A stretch of DNA of 64,000 nt from the human T2T-CHM13v2.0 reference genome, Homo sapiens, in assembly GCF_009914755.1 (NCBI RefSeq), contig NC_060948.1. One strand, written 5' to 3'. The translations under genes and the position numbers were made by a program. This document shows positions 19,820 to 38,778 of the stretch, piece by piece. The stretch's first letter is position 1. Each line of letters starts with the position of its first letter. Under the pieces are notes generated by a model. That model did no database searches, was not told the origin of the DNA, and saw only the letters and a list, made by a program, of their open reading frames with translations.

Positions 19820-20760
19820 GAATATGTATATATACGTGTGTATATATATGTGCATCTATGTGTGTGTGTACATGTAAATATATGTGTGTATATGTGTATA
19901 TATGTGGGTATATATAGTGTGTATATATCTGTATATACGTGTGTATACATATGTGAATCTATGTGTGTGTGTACATGTAAATATATGTGTATATGTATAT
20001 ATGTGTATATGTGTGTATATATAGTGTGTATATATGTGCATCTATGTGTGTGTGTACATGTAAATATATGTGTATATATGTATATATGTGTATATGTGTG
20101 TATATATAGTGTATATATGTGCATCTATGTGTGTGTGTACGTGTAAATATATGTGTATATGTATATATGTGTATATGTGTGTATATATAGTGTGTATATA
20201 TGTGCATCTATGTGTGTGTACATGTAAATATATGTGTATATATGTATATATGCATATATATAGTGTATATATGTCTGCTTATATGTATATATGTGTGGAC
20301 ATATGTATATATTTGTGTGTATGTGTATATAGTGTGTATATATGTGTATATATGTATATATGTGTATATATGTATATATATCAGTGTATGTATGTGTGTA
20401 TATATGTATATATGTGTATATATGTATATATATCAGTGTATGTATGTGTGTATATATGTATATATGTGTATATATGTATATATATCAGTGTATGTATGTG
20501 TGTATATATGTATATATGTGTATATATGTTTATATATCAGTGTATATCTGTGTATATATGTATATCTGTGTATATATGTGTGTATATATGTATATATGTG
20601 TATATATGTATATATATCAGTGTATATATGTGTATATATGTATATCTGTGTATATATGTATATCTGTGTATATATGTGTGTATATATGTATATATAGTGT
20701 ATATATGTGTGTATATATATGTACATATGTATGTATATGCACATATGTATATATATGCAC
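19820..20760. repeat. (TA/TG)n compound microsatellite with longer-period internal repeats
   Basis: Alternating purine-pyrimidine tract. GTGCATCTATGTGTGTGTGTACATGTAAAT and TATATCAGTGTATG recur. Confidence 0.95.
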
Positions 20761-21218
20761 TTTTTTTTCCCATTCAGCCTATAAGTACGAGGCAGGCCAT
20801 GTTCATTTATATTAAGAAATATGTAGACTGCGAAATGAGGCAATCATATTTCTGAAGCCAGCCAATGCAAACCCTCCTTCTTTCAGAAGGGACGTCTCCC
20901 CAGGCAAAAAGAAAAAAAAAAAAAAAGTCAGCTTTGCAAGATCTCTTACCGTGAGCGGAAAATGCAGTTAAGAGAGCCGGCCAGCCAGGCTCCCGATGGC
21001 GGTGTGACGGGTGGCGTGGATGACGCTGGGAGAACCACGGGGAAGATGGGTGATACGATGCTCCTTCTAATTGACACCTCTAGGTCCAGGGCAAGTTAAT
21101 GATGAGCTTGGACCGCGTTGCCACCGGTTCGAATGGCCTTTGCCAGTTTTCTCTGCACGGAGCAGCGTTCGGCTTCACATTTTTGCCTCTTAACTTCATC
21201 CACTTGGTCTGTTTCTGA

Positions 21219-22465
<1,247 letters not shown>

Positions 22466-22719
22466 GCTCATGGAGTTTTTAGTAAGAGCTCATGCTCACA
22501 GCCTGTCTTAAGGGAGACCTTCTCCAGATCCTGGGTGGTGCCGTTTCATGGACAACAAATTCATTCTCAAAAAGCGTAGCCCCAGTGGAAGACCTTGGGT
22601 CCTTCCACTCGGAGTGTGTCAGTTCATCACCATAACCGTTTGTTGAGGTGTGTTCAAAACATCTATAGCCAAATTCCACAGGAGGAATGGGATGAGGACT
22701 CTAAGCTTCTGGACTTGAT

Positions 22720-23865
22720 GTAGAAACCGGGTCTTTGCAGATGTCTTTAAGGGAAGGATCTGAAATGAGGTCATCCTGGATTAGGGTGGGTCTTAAATCC
22801 AATAACAGGTGTCCTTGTAAGGGACAGAAGAGGACCATAAATCTAATGACTACGGTCCTCCTAAGAGATGGAAGAGGAGACATAGACACAGGCACAGACA
22901 CAGAGGAGAAGGCCACGTGGAGACGGAGGCAGCGACTGGAGTGATCCGGCCACAAGCCCAGGGACGCCTGGAGCCCCCAGGAGCTGGGAGAGGCAGGAAG
23001 GATCCTCCCCTAGAGCCTCCAGAGGGAACTTCTTATGGTTGAAGTGGATTGAACTATGGTACCCCCCAAAAATATGTTCATATTCTAACCCAAGAACCTG
23101 TGAAAGGAGGTAGAGACTGGAGTGATGGGGCCACAAGCCCAGGGATACCTGGAGCACCCAGAAGCTGGGAGAGGCAGGAAGGACCCTCCCCTAGAGCCTC
23201 CAGAAGGAACTGGATACAACTGAAGTGAAGTGAACCGTGGCCCCCTCAAAAGACCTGTCCATGTATTGATCATCTGGAATCTGTGAATGGGACATTATTT
23301 GGAAATACGGTCTCTGCAGATGTGATTAAGTGGAAGATCTGGAGATGAGATCATCCTAGATTAGGGTGGACCATAAATCTAATGACAGGTGTCCTTCTAA
23401 GAGACAGAAGAGGAGACACAGACACAGAGGAGGAGGCCACGTGGAGACAGAGGCAGAGACTGGAGTGATGCAGCCACAAGCCCAGGGATGCCTGGAGCCC
23501 CCAGGAGCTGGGAGAGGCAGGAAGGATCCTCCCTTAGAGTCTCCAGAGGGAGCACAGCCCTGAGACTCCTTGACCTCAGACTCCTGGTCTCCAGGACTGG
23601 GAGAGGCAGGAAGGACCCTCCCTTAGAGCCTCTGGAGGGAGCATGGCCCTGAGACACCTGGACCTCAGACTTCTGGTCTCTATGGCTGGGAGAGGCAGGA
23701 AGTCTCCTCCTCAAGAGCCTCTGGAGGGAGCATGGCCCTGAGACTCCTTGACCTCAGACTCCTGGTCTCCAGGCCTGGGAGAGGCAGGAAGGACCCTCCC
23801 TTAGAGCCTCTGGAGGGAACATGGTCCTGAGACTCCTTGACCTCAGACTCTTGGTCTCCAGGACT
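22720..23865 (+). mobile_element. MLT1 (MaLR LTR, MLT1B/C-like) multimerised pieces ending in ~89-bp tandem units
   Basis: GGAGAAGGCCACGTGGAGAC and GGAGAGGCAGGAAGGATCCTCCCCTAGAGCCTCCAG motifs repeated. CCTGAGA(C)..CC..GACCTCAGACT units at ~23558, 23647, 23736 and 23825. Confidence 0.75.
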
Positions 23866-24764
23866 TGACGGGGATGAATTCCTGCGGCATGCATCGTCAT
23901 TCCTGGTCCTTTGTTACGGCTGACTCAGGAATCTAAGAAACTGACCTGCGGGGTTTTGCCCATCAGGATGGTGGCTTCTCCGGCTGTGGATTTGTTGCTT
24001 TTCCATCTTCTCTGCGGCTGACACTCTTACGGGGAGTAATGGTGCAGAGAATTTCGGTTGCCTCCCAGAGCTGCAGCCGGAAGACGCAAGGACCAACGAA
24101 AACATTTGCATCGTGGCTCTCTGTGAGGAAGAGTCCTGCTGTGAAAGCATTTTTATTCCGAAAGAGGATCATCTTTGGGAGCAGAACCATGGAAAAGTCT
24201 CTTTCGGCAGCCCACGGAATGATGGGCCGGCCACATTTTGGATACATCTCATGCTTCTTACTGTTTTCAAATGGTTTTGGCTTGAATGGAATTCCAAGCC
24301 CATTTTTTTTTTCCTCTTTCCCAAGTACTTTTTGTTCTTGAGTCTTGCAATCCTATGAATTCCAAGGGAAGCTGAATGTCTATCTTTTTGATACGTGGAC
24401 ACTGTCATCCTGCAAACAAAACCGTAGACGTCTTTGGGGGGGTCGTGAACTTGGCAGTGAAGTTCGAAGGTCTCCAGTGCTTCTCACATCCGAAGTCAGA
24501 GCCCACATTTCTCCGTCAGTTTGTAACCCTGGCAAAAGAAGGTCTTCGGCTTGCTTGTTTTCCTGAAAAACAGGAAGTTTTATTTTGCCAAGAATGAATG
24601 GAATGGGAAGCCAAAGCGTTTGATATGCACAAGGGAAAATGCAGGATTTTTTTGTGTGCAAAGTTTACGTGGGGCTACACACCCTATTTCCTCTTTCCTC
24701 ACAATGATGCCACGAAATTGATTTTATTCCCTGCGGCTACTACATTTACCGTTCAAGTGCTGAA

Positions 24765-25405
24765 TTCCTCCCCTCCCCTGCCCTCCCCACTCCCCTCCCC
24801 TGACCTCCCCCCTCCCCTCCCCTGCCCTCCCCATCCCCTCCCCCTCCCCCTCTACTCCCCCTCCTCCCATCCCATCTCCTTTCCCCCTCCCCCATCCCAT
24901 CCCTCCCGTCCTCCCCTCCCCTCCCCTCTTCCCCTCCCCTCTCCTTCACCCCCTCACATCCCCTCCCCTCCCCTCCTACCCTCCCCTCCTCCCCTCTCCT
25001 TCCCCTTCCCCCCTCCCCTCCTCCCCTTCCCTCTGTTCCTCCCCTCCTCCCCTCCCCTCCTCCCCTCCCCTCCTCCCCTCCCCTCTCCTTTCCCACTCCC
25101 CCCTCCCATCCCCTCCTCCACTCCCCTCCTCCCCTACTCTCCTCCCCTCCTCCCGTCCCCTCCTCCCCTCCCCTCTTCTCTTCCCCTCCCCTCCCCTCCT
25201 CCCTCTCCTCCCCTTTCCCCCTCCCCCTTCCCATCCCCTCCCATCCTCCCCTCCCTCCCATCTTCCCCTCCCCTCCCCTCCTCTCTTCCCCTCCCCTCCC
25301 CTCCCCCACTTCTCACTCTCCTCCCCCCTCCCATCCCCTCCCCTCCTCTTCTCTTCTCTTCTTTTCTCTTCTTTTCTTTTTTTTCTTCTTCTTTTTTTTT
25401 TTTCT
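24765..25405. repeat. (CCCCT)n-like polypyrimidine tract
   Basis: About 640 bp almost exclusively C/T. Confidence 0.95.
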
Positions 25406-25407
25406 AA

Positions 25408-25840
<433 letters not shown>

Positions 25841-25854
25841 AATTAATTAATTTT

Positions 25855-26226
25855 TTACATTTTACTTTAACTTCTGAGATACATGTGCTAATTAATTAAT
25901 TTTTTAAATTTTACTTTAAAAAAGTCATACTTTACTTAAGTAAAAGTAAGTAAATGTGTGTTAACTAAACACATTCTGGGGTACATGTGCACAAAGCGCA
26001 GGTTAGTTACATATGTATACATGTGCCATGGTGGTTTGCTGCTCCTATCAACCCATTATCTAAGTTTTAAGCCCCACATGCACTAGGTATTTGTCCTAAT
26101 GCTCTCCATCCTCTTGCCTTCTATCCCCCCACAGGCCCTGGTGTGTGATGTTCCCCTCCCTGTGTCCATGTGTTCTCACTGTTCAACTCCCACTTACGAG
26201 TGAGAACATGCAGTGTTTGGTTTTCT
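25855..26226 (-). mobile_element. L1PA 3' end, antisense
   Basis: GTACATGTGCAC...GGTGTGTGATGTTCCCCTCCCTGTGTCCATGTGTTCTC is the reverse L1 3'UTR. Confidence 0.85.
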
Positions 26227-27520
<1,294 letters not shown>

Positions 27521-28001
27521 AACTTTACTTTAGAAACAAATCCCTGTCCGTGTTTGTCTTTTCACCTGTCCTGCAGGGAAAACAAAACATAAAATGTCAA
27601 GGCAAATAGTAGTGATTTCATTCCGGGAAAAAGAAAGTGGATGTTTGCCTTCACCCTTTCTCGTCCTTCCTCTGGTGCTCCTCAGGCCCAGGGAGAGGGT
27701 GGAAAGTCAGAGGAAGAAAGACGGGGCTGGGGGGGGGGGTCCGTGGGGACCCAGGCAGGCATGTTCCCATTTCCTGTCTTCACTTCAAAGAGGGGCCCCT
27801 CGCTCTGGAATGAGGCCTACGGTTTCCTTTCCCGAAGAGTTCCCCTTTGTGAGCTTACGGCTTCGGAGTGAACCTCGGTGCAACCTGTTATTAAAACACA
27901 CAGAGGCTAATGCCAGCAAAAACACGCCCCCCGCTCCTGGTTTCAGAGGGAAGAAAAAAATTCATAAGCACGGCCATGCTTTTCTAATAAAAATTCATTA
28001 A

Positions 28002-28875
<874 letters not shown>

Positions 28876-29714
28876 TCTAACTCTTTACCAGACATAAAGT
28901 CTCCTTCCCCTTTCTAAATGTATATATTGTGTTTTTAAAAGTTAACAGCAGGGATCCCACCTCATTCCCCGCTCTCTCCCCAAGACCTGTCCTGCACGTT
29001 GCACACAGCAGGTGTGCCCTGGACATATCCCAAACCCACGCTGAAAGAAAGAGGGTCTCACTACACGTATGATATCTGTGATCCTTTAAACATCTCCGTG
29101 GCTTCCAGGCAACACAGCCATAAATAGGAATCTCATGTCTGACATGATACCGGGACCATGTATGGGAAATTCTGGGTGTGAAGTTCCAGCTACCCCCGCA
29201 GAGGCACCATTGCATACCCTCCAGAAACTCCCCTGCCGTTCAAGCCAAAGACACAACACAAACAGCTCCGAGAGAGGGTGTCATTGAAAATCAATACCAT
29301 CATAAGAGCACACAGCACCGTCTTTCTCTTCTGCCCGTTGATACACAATTATGAGCAATTTGCTAACACTGACAACTCGTGGCAAGAACAGGTCGTGTTG
29401 ATACGGTTGCCTCGTGAGGACCCATCTGTCTTCTGGGGTCTTGCCTGGAACGGAGATCGGAGTTCAGGGTGGCTAATAGAATCATTACTCACCTAGGGAC
29501 ACAGAATATGAGGGTTACCCCCAGTTAAGTGCATACAGTCAAACGGACGGCTGCTCTGGAAGGTACAGTGACGTGAACAGCTTTTATGAAATGCCTAGAT
29601 CTGGACCTTCCATACCTGAGCCACCGTTCCAAAGCACTGGGCGTTTTTCAGATACTTTCATGAGAAATGTTGTCAACACCGCAAGTTTGCAGTACACAGT
29701 CTGAAAGATATTCT

Positions 29715-29852
29715 TGTATATGTAGATGTCTGTAGATGCCCTGAAGGTGTGTAGACTTTAGACACCCAGAAGGTGTGTAGATGTCTGTAGACACCTTCTA
29801 TGTGTGTAGATGTCTGTAGACGCCCTGCAGGTGTGTAGATATATCTAGATGG
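29715..29852. repeat. Short degenerate repeat GTGTAGATGTCTGTAGA
   Basis: About 5 copies visible. Confidence 0.75.
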
Positions 29853-30186
29853 TCTGCCTGTGTATGATACAGGCTAAAAAGACATTTGTGGTGGACACTA
29901 GTTGATTATTTAGGACTATGAGATGGGAAAGGAAGAGCAACCAGCAGTGAAAGGCATGTGGTGGGTGGGGGGTTGGCATTGCAGTGGGGTCCTCTGAGCA
30001 GGTGACACCCACTATAGGGCTGCCCTTGGATGGACGCTTTGTGAAGCTGTTTGATTTCACCACACCAAGCCTGGAGGCACGGACATTCCAGGATGGTGAG
30101 GAGTCTGCAAAGGAGGAGATTGGAGGAGGTGCAATATCCCTAGAGTACGAGAGATGAGATAGGAGAGCTGTATAAATAGCACTACC

Positions 30187-31077
<891 letters not shown>

Positions 31078-31149
31078 CTAGAGGGCTCCTCGTTGCAGTG
31101 TTGGAGTAAGGGTAAAAAATCAGATCCCAGTGAATAAAGGAGCCAGCTG

Positions 31150-31320
31150 GGGAAGGATCGCAAGTCACCGTCATTGAATTAGGGCCCACCCTCCTCCAGT
31201 ACAACCTCATCTCAACCTCATTACATCTGCAAACACCCTATTTCTCAATAACACCCCATTCACAGGTAGTAAGGGTCCGCAGACATATCTCTTGGGGGGA
31301 TAAAAAATTAACCCACTACC
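31150..31320 (-). mobile_element. MLT1-like LTR fragment
   Basis: TTAGGGCCCACCC...CTCATCTC...TTACATCTGCAAACACCCTATTTC motif. Confidence 0.55.
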
Positions 31321-31544
31321 TGCTCTTAGACTATAGTACAGAGGAGACCATCCCTCTCCCAAGAACAGATCACAGGACAGATCTGGTCATAAGTGGCACA
31401 TCTTTCCCTTTTTGCCGTGGCTGCCGGGAAGCCCAGAGCTGAGGTCACCCCTCCACGAAAGTCATTCTCTGAATGGACCTGCCTCAGTCTTGACCTCTGC
31501 TCCTATGGTAGTTAATGATTTCATTTTGTGTGTTTTTTTTTGTT

Positions 31545-32590
31545 TTGTCTTGTTTTGTTTTTTGAGATAGACTTTAGCTCTGTTCCCCCTGCTGGAGTGC
31601 AATGACGCGATCTCACCTCTGTTACCCAGGCTGGAGTGCAGTGGCGCCATCTTGGCTCACGACAACCTCCGCCTCCCAGGTTGAAGTGATTCTCCTGCCT
31701 CAGCCTCCCGAGTAGCTGGGATTACAGGTACCTGTCACCACAGCTGGCTAATTTTTTAATTTTTTATTTTTAGTATAGATGGGGTTTTGCCATGTTGGCC
31801 AGGCTTGTCTTGAACCCCTGACCTCAGGTGATCACCTTTTGCCTCGGCCTCCCAAAGTGCTGAGATGACAGACGTGAGCCACTGGGCCCTGCAATTTTAT
31901 GTGTTTTGTTGTAAGCCTTCTCAGGATTTTGGAAAGATGATGATGAATGAATCAAGGAATGAAAGTTTAAAAGGTAGAAACAAAAAGAAAGTAAAGGCCA
32001 GGCATGCTGGCTCATGCCTGTCATCCCAGCACGTTGGGAGGCCAAGGCAGGAGGATCACTGGAGGCCAGAATTTAAACAGCAGCCTGGGCAACATAGCGA
32101 CACCACGTCTTTACAAAGGCACAAAAATATTAGCCTGGCACGGTGCATGCATCTGTGGTCCCAGCTACTCAGAAGGCTGAGGTGGGAGGAGGGCGTGAGC
32201 CAGGGAGTCGGAGGCTGCTGTGAGCTCTGATGGCACCGGTGCACTCTAGCCTGAGTCACAGAGCAAGAGCCTAGTTCTTTAAAAAGAAAAAGAAAGAGGA
32301 AAAGAAAGAGAAAGAAAGTAAAAACAAAAAGAGAAAGAAAGAAAGAAAAACGAGAAAGAGAAACAAAAAAATAAGAAGGAAGGAGTAAGGAAGGAAAAAA
32401 GAAAAAGAAAGCAAGAAAGGAACGGAGAGAGAGAGAAAGGAAAGAAAGAAAGAAAGGGAGGGAGGGAACGAAGGGAGGAAGAAAGAAAGAAAGACAAGAA
32501 AGAAAGAAGAAAAACAAAGAAAAAGAAAGAAGGAGAAAGAAAGGAAGGAAGGAGGAAGGAAGGAAGAAAGGAAGGAAGGAATGAAGGGAC
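31545..32590. mobile_element. Antisense AluS (31545-31890) and sense AluJ (31996-32280) with a ~300-bp GA-rich expanded tail
   Basis: Alu consensus. Purine tract 32280-32590. Confidence 0.85.
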
Positions 32591-33397
32591 TGCTCAGGCC
32601 CTGGTGGCAAAAACTGTGTAAGTCCCAGTTCCCTGATCTTGATAAATTGAGCCACCATCAGGGCAAAACACGGGCTCCCCTGCGTCCCTGCCTTCCCCTC
32701 CCTCCTGGACCATTTCTGAGTGTGGCCCCATTTCCTGGCTGTGGATTCCTCCAGGGATATGCTGGGTCCATGTCCCAGCTCTGTAATAGGGCAGCAGCCC
32801 CAGGTTACCACGCCCAGCCCTTTCTTTTTCTTTTTCTTTTCTTTTCTTTTTTTTTTTTGAGAGAGAGCAAGAGCCCTGTTTCCTGAGAGCCCGTGACACA
32901 TGTGGGGAGCTAATCTCCCTCCTGAAAGGAGAGCTGTGTTCCTGCAAGCCTGCCTTCCGAGGTATACCTGGGGAAGGCCATTTGTTATTGTCGGCCCGGT
33001 GAGATGATACCTTCCAAGGGTGGATTTAGAAGGAGAAGGGTGCCCCGGCACGCCTTCTCACAAGCTGCTTTGTTCTGGTGGAGACAGCAGGCGCGTGACC
33101 CCCGGGTAGGGCCCATCCAGCGTCTGGAGGCCTTTTGTCTCTTTATGACGACGTGTGCAGGGAGGGGGCTGGCTCTGCTGCTTCTTGGAGGAGCACAGCC
33201 TGTGTTTCACGAATGAAGCTCACCATAAAAAACATCCAACGAGAGACGAGAATTCGATCCGGTGCTACCTGAGGGCCCCAGAGGTGTGATGACGGCCACT
33301 TTAGGGCCAGGGCCCAGTTCCTTGCTGGGAAACTGAACAGAGAGGCAGATTTTTAAGGTCAGGGTGCAAGGTGGTTTTTATAAAAATGCCAGTGAGG

Positions 33398-34639
<1,242 letters not shown>

Positions 34640-34784
34640 TCAGAGAGACCCTCTGGCCACTTCTCCACAGGCAGGCCCGGTCTTGTCTGCACCAGAAAGA
34701 TGGATTTCTCCCTGGAAGTCTGTGCCCATCTGCGTTCCCTCTGCAGGGACATGGGGTACCCAGGAAGAAAAGGACATTCAGGCA

Positions 34785-35760
34785 GCCCCCAACCGTAGAA
34801 CTGCCAGCTCCTGGTTTCAACGTGGAAGGTGTCTGTGAGATGAATCCCTCCTTGTATTGAACCCCAAACCTCTCCTTTCTACCCCCCAACAGTAGAACTG
34901 CCAGCTTTTGGTTCTGATGTGGAGGGTGCCTGCAAGATGAATACCTCCTCGTCTCAAACCCCAAACCTTTCCTTTCTACCCGCCAGAGGCAGAACTCTCA
35001 GCATTTGGTTCCGATGTGGAGGATATCTATGAGATGTTTACCTCCTTGTCTCAAACCCCAAACCTCTCCTTCCTACCCTCCAAAGATAGAACTCTCAGCA
35101 TTTGGTTCTGATGTGGAGAGTGTCTATGACATGTTTACCTCCTTGTCTCAAACCCCAAACCTCTCCTTTCTACTCCCCAAGAGTAGAACTACCAGCTTTT
35201 GGTCCTGACGTGGAGGGTGCCTGCAAGATGCATACCTCCTTGTCTGGAACCCCAAATCTTTCCTTTCTGCCCCCCAACAGTGGAACTTCTCCCAGCATTT
35301 TGTTCCCAGGTGGAGGGTGTCTGGGAGACGTTTACCTCCTTGTCTCAAACCCCAAACCTCTCCTTTCTACCCCCCAACAGTAGAACAACCAGCTTTTGGT
35401 CCTGATGTGGAGGGTGCTTGCAAGATGTATGCCTCCTTGTCTGGAACCCCAAATCTTTCCTTTCTGCCCCCCAACAATGGAACTTCTCCCAGCATTTTGT
35501 TCCCAGGTGGAGGGTGTCTGGGAGATGTATACCTCCTCATCTGAAACCCCAAACCTTCCCTTTCTACCCCCCAACAGTAGAATAACCAGCTTTTGGTCCT
35601 GACGTGGAGGGTGCCTGCAAGATGTATACCTCCTTGTCTGGAACCCCAAATCTTTCCTTTCTGCCCCCCAACTGTAGAACTTCTCCCAGCATTTTGTTCC
35701 GAGGTGGAGGGTGTCTGGGAGACGCGTACCTCCTTGTCTTGAACCCCAAACCTTCCTTTT
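34785..35760. repeat. ~98-bp minisatellite (~10 units) with 197-bp A/B dimers distally
   Basis: CCCCAACAGTAGAAC..CAGCTTTTGGT..GA.GTGGAGGGTG..ACCCCAAACCT recurs. Near-identical ORFs at 35199 and 35396 are 197 bp apart. Confidence 0.9.
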
Positions 35761-36149
35761 GTGCCATTTCTGGGACTCTTCCAAGGGGAAATAAGAAAGG
35801 CATCGGTAGAAGATTCTGAAGGCGTGTGTGCATTCACCAGGCTGCTCTGAGACACTCTCAGATTCACGCCGCCTGGCCAGGGGCCCGATTCCTAAAGGTG
35901 AAAGGCCAGGGCATTAGCTGGAACCCGCCACTTCAGAACCATAAACCGAGCGTCTGGCTGCAGAAGGAGCTGTCAAACATGATAAAGACGCCGTTCAACC
36001 GTTTTAAACAGCCGGCCCCCCTCTCCTTGGGTAGACGCCATTGTGGAAGACGGGACGTAAAACACACAACTGTCACTCTGCATTAGAGACTGGAAGGTTT
36101 TTGCTACGCAGTTTTCAAGATCAGCAATTACTGCCTGACAGGCACGCGA

Positions 36150-37100
36150 TTGTTTCCAGTTAATATTTCCTGGTTGCTTTCAAAGCACGTGCCGTGGGCA
36201 TGTGTGTGTGTACGCGTGCATGTGTGTGTGTGTCTGTGCCTGTGTGTGTGCACGCATGTGTGTCTCTGTGTGTGTGCACGTGTGTGTCTCTGTGTGTGCA
36301 CACGTGTATGCCTCTGTGTGTGCACGTATGTGTGTGTCTCCGTGTGCGTACGTGTGTGTGCACGTGTTTTGTCTGTGTGTGCATGCGTGTGTCTGTGTGT
36401 GCACGTGTGTGTGTCTGTGTGTGTGCGTGTGTGTGCGCACGTCGGCATGCACGTGTGTGTCTGTGTGTGTGCACATGTATGTCTTCACGTGTGTCTGTGT
36501 GTGCACTTGTATATCTTCACGTGTGTGTCTGCATGTGTGCACGTGTGCGTCTGTGTGTGCACGTCTGCATGCATGTGTGTGCACTTGTATGTCTTCATGT
36601 GTGTGTCTGTGTCTGTGCACGTGTGTGTGTGTGTGTGCGCAGGCTCTCCTTGTTCAACATTCCTGCAGGCACTGGTGTCTTCATGTTTTGCAAAGTGCGG
36701 AGGTGCCTGAGGTATGCGATTGTGTCCAGTTAATATTTCCTGCTTTTAAAGCACGTGCTTGTGGGCATATGTGTGTGTGCATGTGTGTGCGCACATGTGC
36801 GTCTGTGTGTGCACGTCTGCATGCACGTGTGTCTGTGTGTGTGCACATGTATGTCTTCACGTGTGTCTGTGTGTGCACTTGTATGTCTTCACGTGCATGT
36901 CTGCATGTGTGCATGTGTGCGTCTGTGTGTGCACGTCTGCATGCATGTGTCTGTGCACTTGTATGTCTTCGTGTGTGTCTGTGTGTGCACGTGTGTGTCT
37001 GTATGTGCACGTGTGTGTGTGTGTGCAGGCTCTCCTGGTTCAACATTCCTGCAGGCACTGGTGTCTTCATGTCTTGCAAAGTGCGGAGGTGCCTGAGGTA
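36150..37100. repeat. Duplicated block containing (GT)n/GCACGT-rich alternating purine-pyrimidine repeat
   Basis: Shared unique flanks CCAGTTAATATTTCCTG (~36156, ~36726) and CAACATTCCTGCAGGCACTGGTGTCTTCATG (~36655, ~37041). Confidence 0.9.
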
Positions 37101-37232
37101 CCTGGAGTCTGCCCAGAACTCAAACACGCACGTACCCAGGGTGGCTTCCGTGGAGAAGCTTTGCAGGGACGGAAACAGCTTCCGGAGATGTCTGGCTTGG
37201 GCTGTGTCCATCAGTGAAGATGCGTTGGAGGC

Positions 37233-37526
37233 TTTTTTTTTTTTTTGAGACGGAGTCTCACTCTGTTGCCCACGTTGGAGTGCAGTGGCGCGACCTCGGC
37301 TCACTGCAACCTCCGCCTCCCGGGTTCACGCCATTCTCCTGCCTCAGCCTCCTGAGTCGTGGGGATTTCAGGCATGCATCACCACGCCCGGCTAATTTTT
37401 GTATATTTAGTAGAGACGGGGTTTCACCGTGTTGGCCAGGCTGGTCTTGAACTCCTGACCTTATGATTCACCCGCCTCAGCCTCCCAAAGTGCTGGGATG
37501 ACAGGCGTGAGCCACCGCGCCCGACC
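37233..37526 (-). mobile_element. Alu, antisense
   Basis: Alu consensus. Confidence 0.85.
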
Positions 37527-37534
37527 TACACTGA

Positions 37535-37790
37535 GAGACTTATAAACAACAGAAATTTGGTTTCACTGTTGCGGAGGCTGGAAATGCCAGATCAAGGCCT
37601 GGCAGGGTCAGCGCCTACTGAGAACCGACCTCCTGTGCTCTCATGTGGTGGAAGGGGCGAGGAAGCTCTCTGGGGTCCCTTTTATAAGGGCACTGATCCC
37701 ATTCATGAGAGGGTCCCACCTCCTAACACCATCTCTCGGGGGTGAGGATTCAATGTGGGAATTTACGGGTCATGCAAACATTCAGTCCAC
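37535..37790 (-). mobile_element. MLT1/MST-type MaLR LTR fragment
   Basis: TTATAAACAACAGAAATTT...GGAGGCTGGAAA...TTTTATAAGGGCACTGATCCCATTCATGAG motifs. Confidence 0.65.
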
Positions 37791-38082
37791 TGCAGGCACG
37801 TTTCTTCCCATGCCGGTGGATGGCAGAGCCGGCTGCACAGTTTGTGGGGTGCAGAACAGAAGAAGGACCTTTTGTTCTAAAAGTGACTCAGGGTTTTAAG
37901 ATGGCAACCTCTTAGCATTCAACGAAGCACAGGGCCCGTCCTGGTGCGATTTCTGTCCAATCATACAGCTTGCACGTCCACGAAGCCAGCCCTGGGTGGG
38001 GGAGACACATATGTGTCTGGATGAAATGTCTCCAATTCATGCCTTCTAGGTAAATTCCAGAGGGCTGATGTAGGTACACCAG

Positions 38083-38745
38083 GCAGAGAGAGAGACTTAG
38101 AGAGAGAGAGAGAGAAAGGGAGAGAGAAAGAGACAGAGAGACAGAGAGAGAAGGAGAGAGAGAGTGAGAGAGAGACAGAGAGAGAAAGAGGCAGACACAG
38201 AAAGAGCAGGAGAGAGAGAAAGGGAAAGAAAGAGAGAAAGAAAGGAAGAGAGAAAAAGAGGGAGAGAAGAGACAGAGAGAAAGACACAGAGAAAGAGAGT
38301 GAGAGAGAGACAGAGAGAGAGATGGAAAGAGAGAGAAAGAGACAGAGAGAATCAGAGACAAAAAGAGAGAGAGGGAGAGAGAGACAGAAAGAGAGAAAGA
38401 AAGAGAGCGGTGATCATGCCACTTATAATAATAAGAAAGAGAGAGAAAGAGCAAGAGAGGTAGAAGGAGAAAGGAAGAGAGAAAGAGGAGAGAAAAGAGA
38501 GAGACAGAGAAAGAGGGAGAGAGAAAGAGAGGGAGAAAGAGAGACAGAGAGTAAGACAGAAAGAGAGAGAGAAAGGGAGAGACAGAGAAAGGGAAAGAGA
38601 GACAGACGCAGAGAGACAGAGACAGAGAGGGAGAAGGAGACAGAAAAAGGGAAAGAGAGAGAGAAAGAAAGAGAGAAGGAGAGAAGAGAGAGAGACAGAA
38701 AGACACACACACAGAAAGAGACAGAGAAAGCAAGAGAGAGAAAGA

Positions 38746-38778
<33 letters not shown>

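Noticed and set aside
19813-20855. Cys/Tyr/Val-rich ORFs (also 36128-37304)
   Set aside because: Translations of TA/TG microsatellites.
24598-25407. Pro-rich ORF, and the Phe/Ser/Leu or Arg/Glu ORFs at 32056, 37912-39059 and 42034
   Set aside because: Low-complexity purine/pyrimidine tracts and Alu frames.
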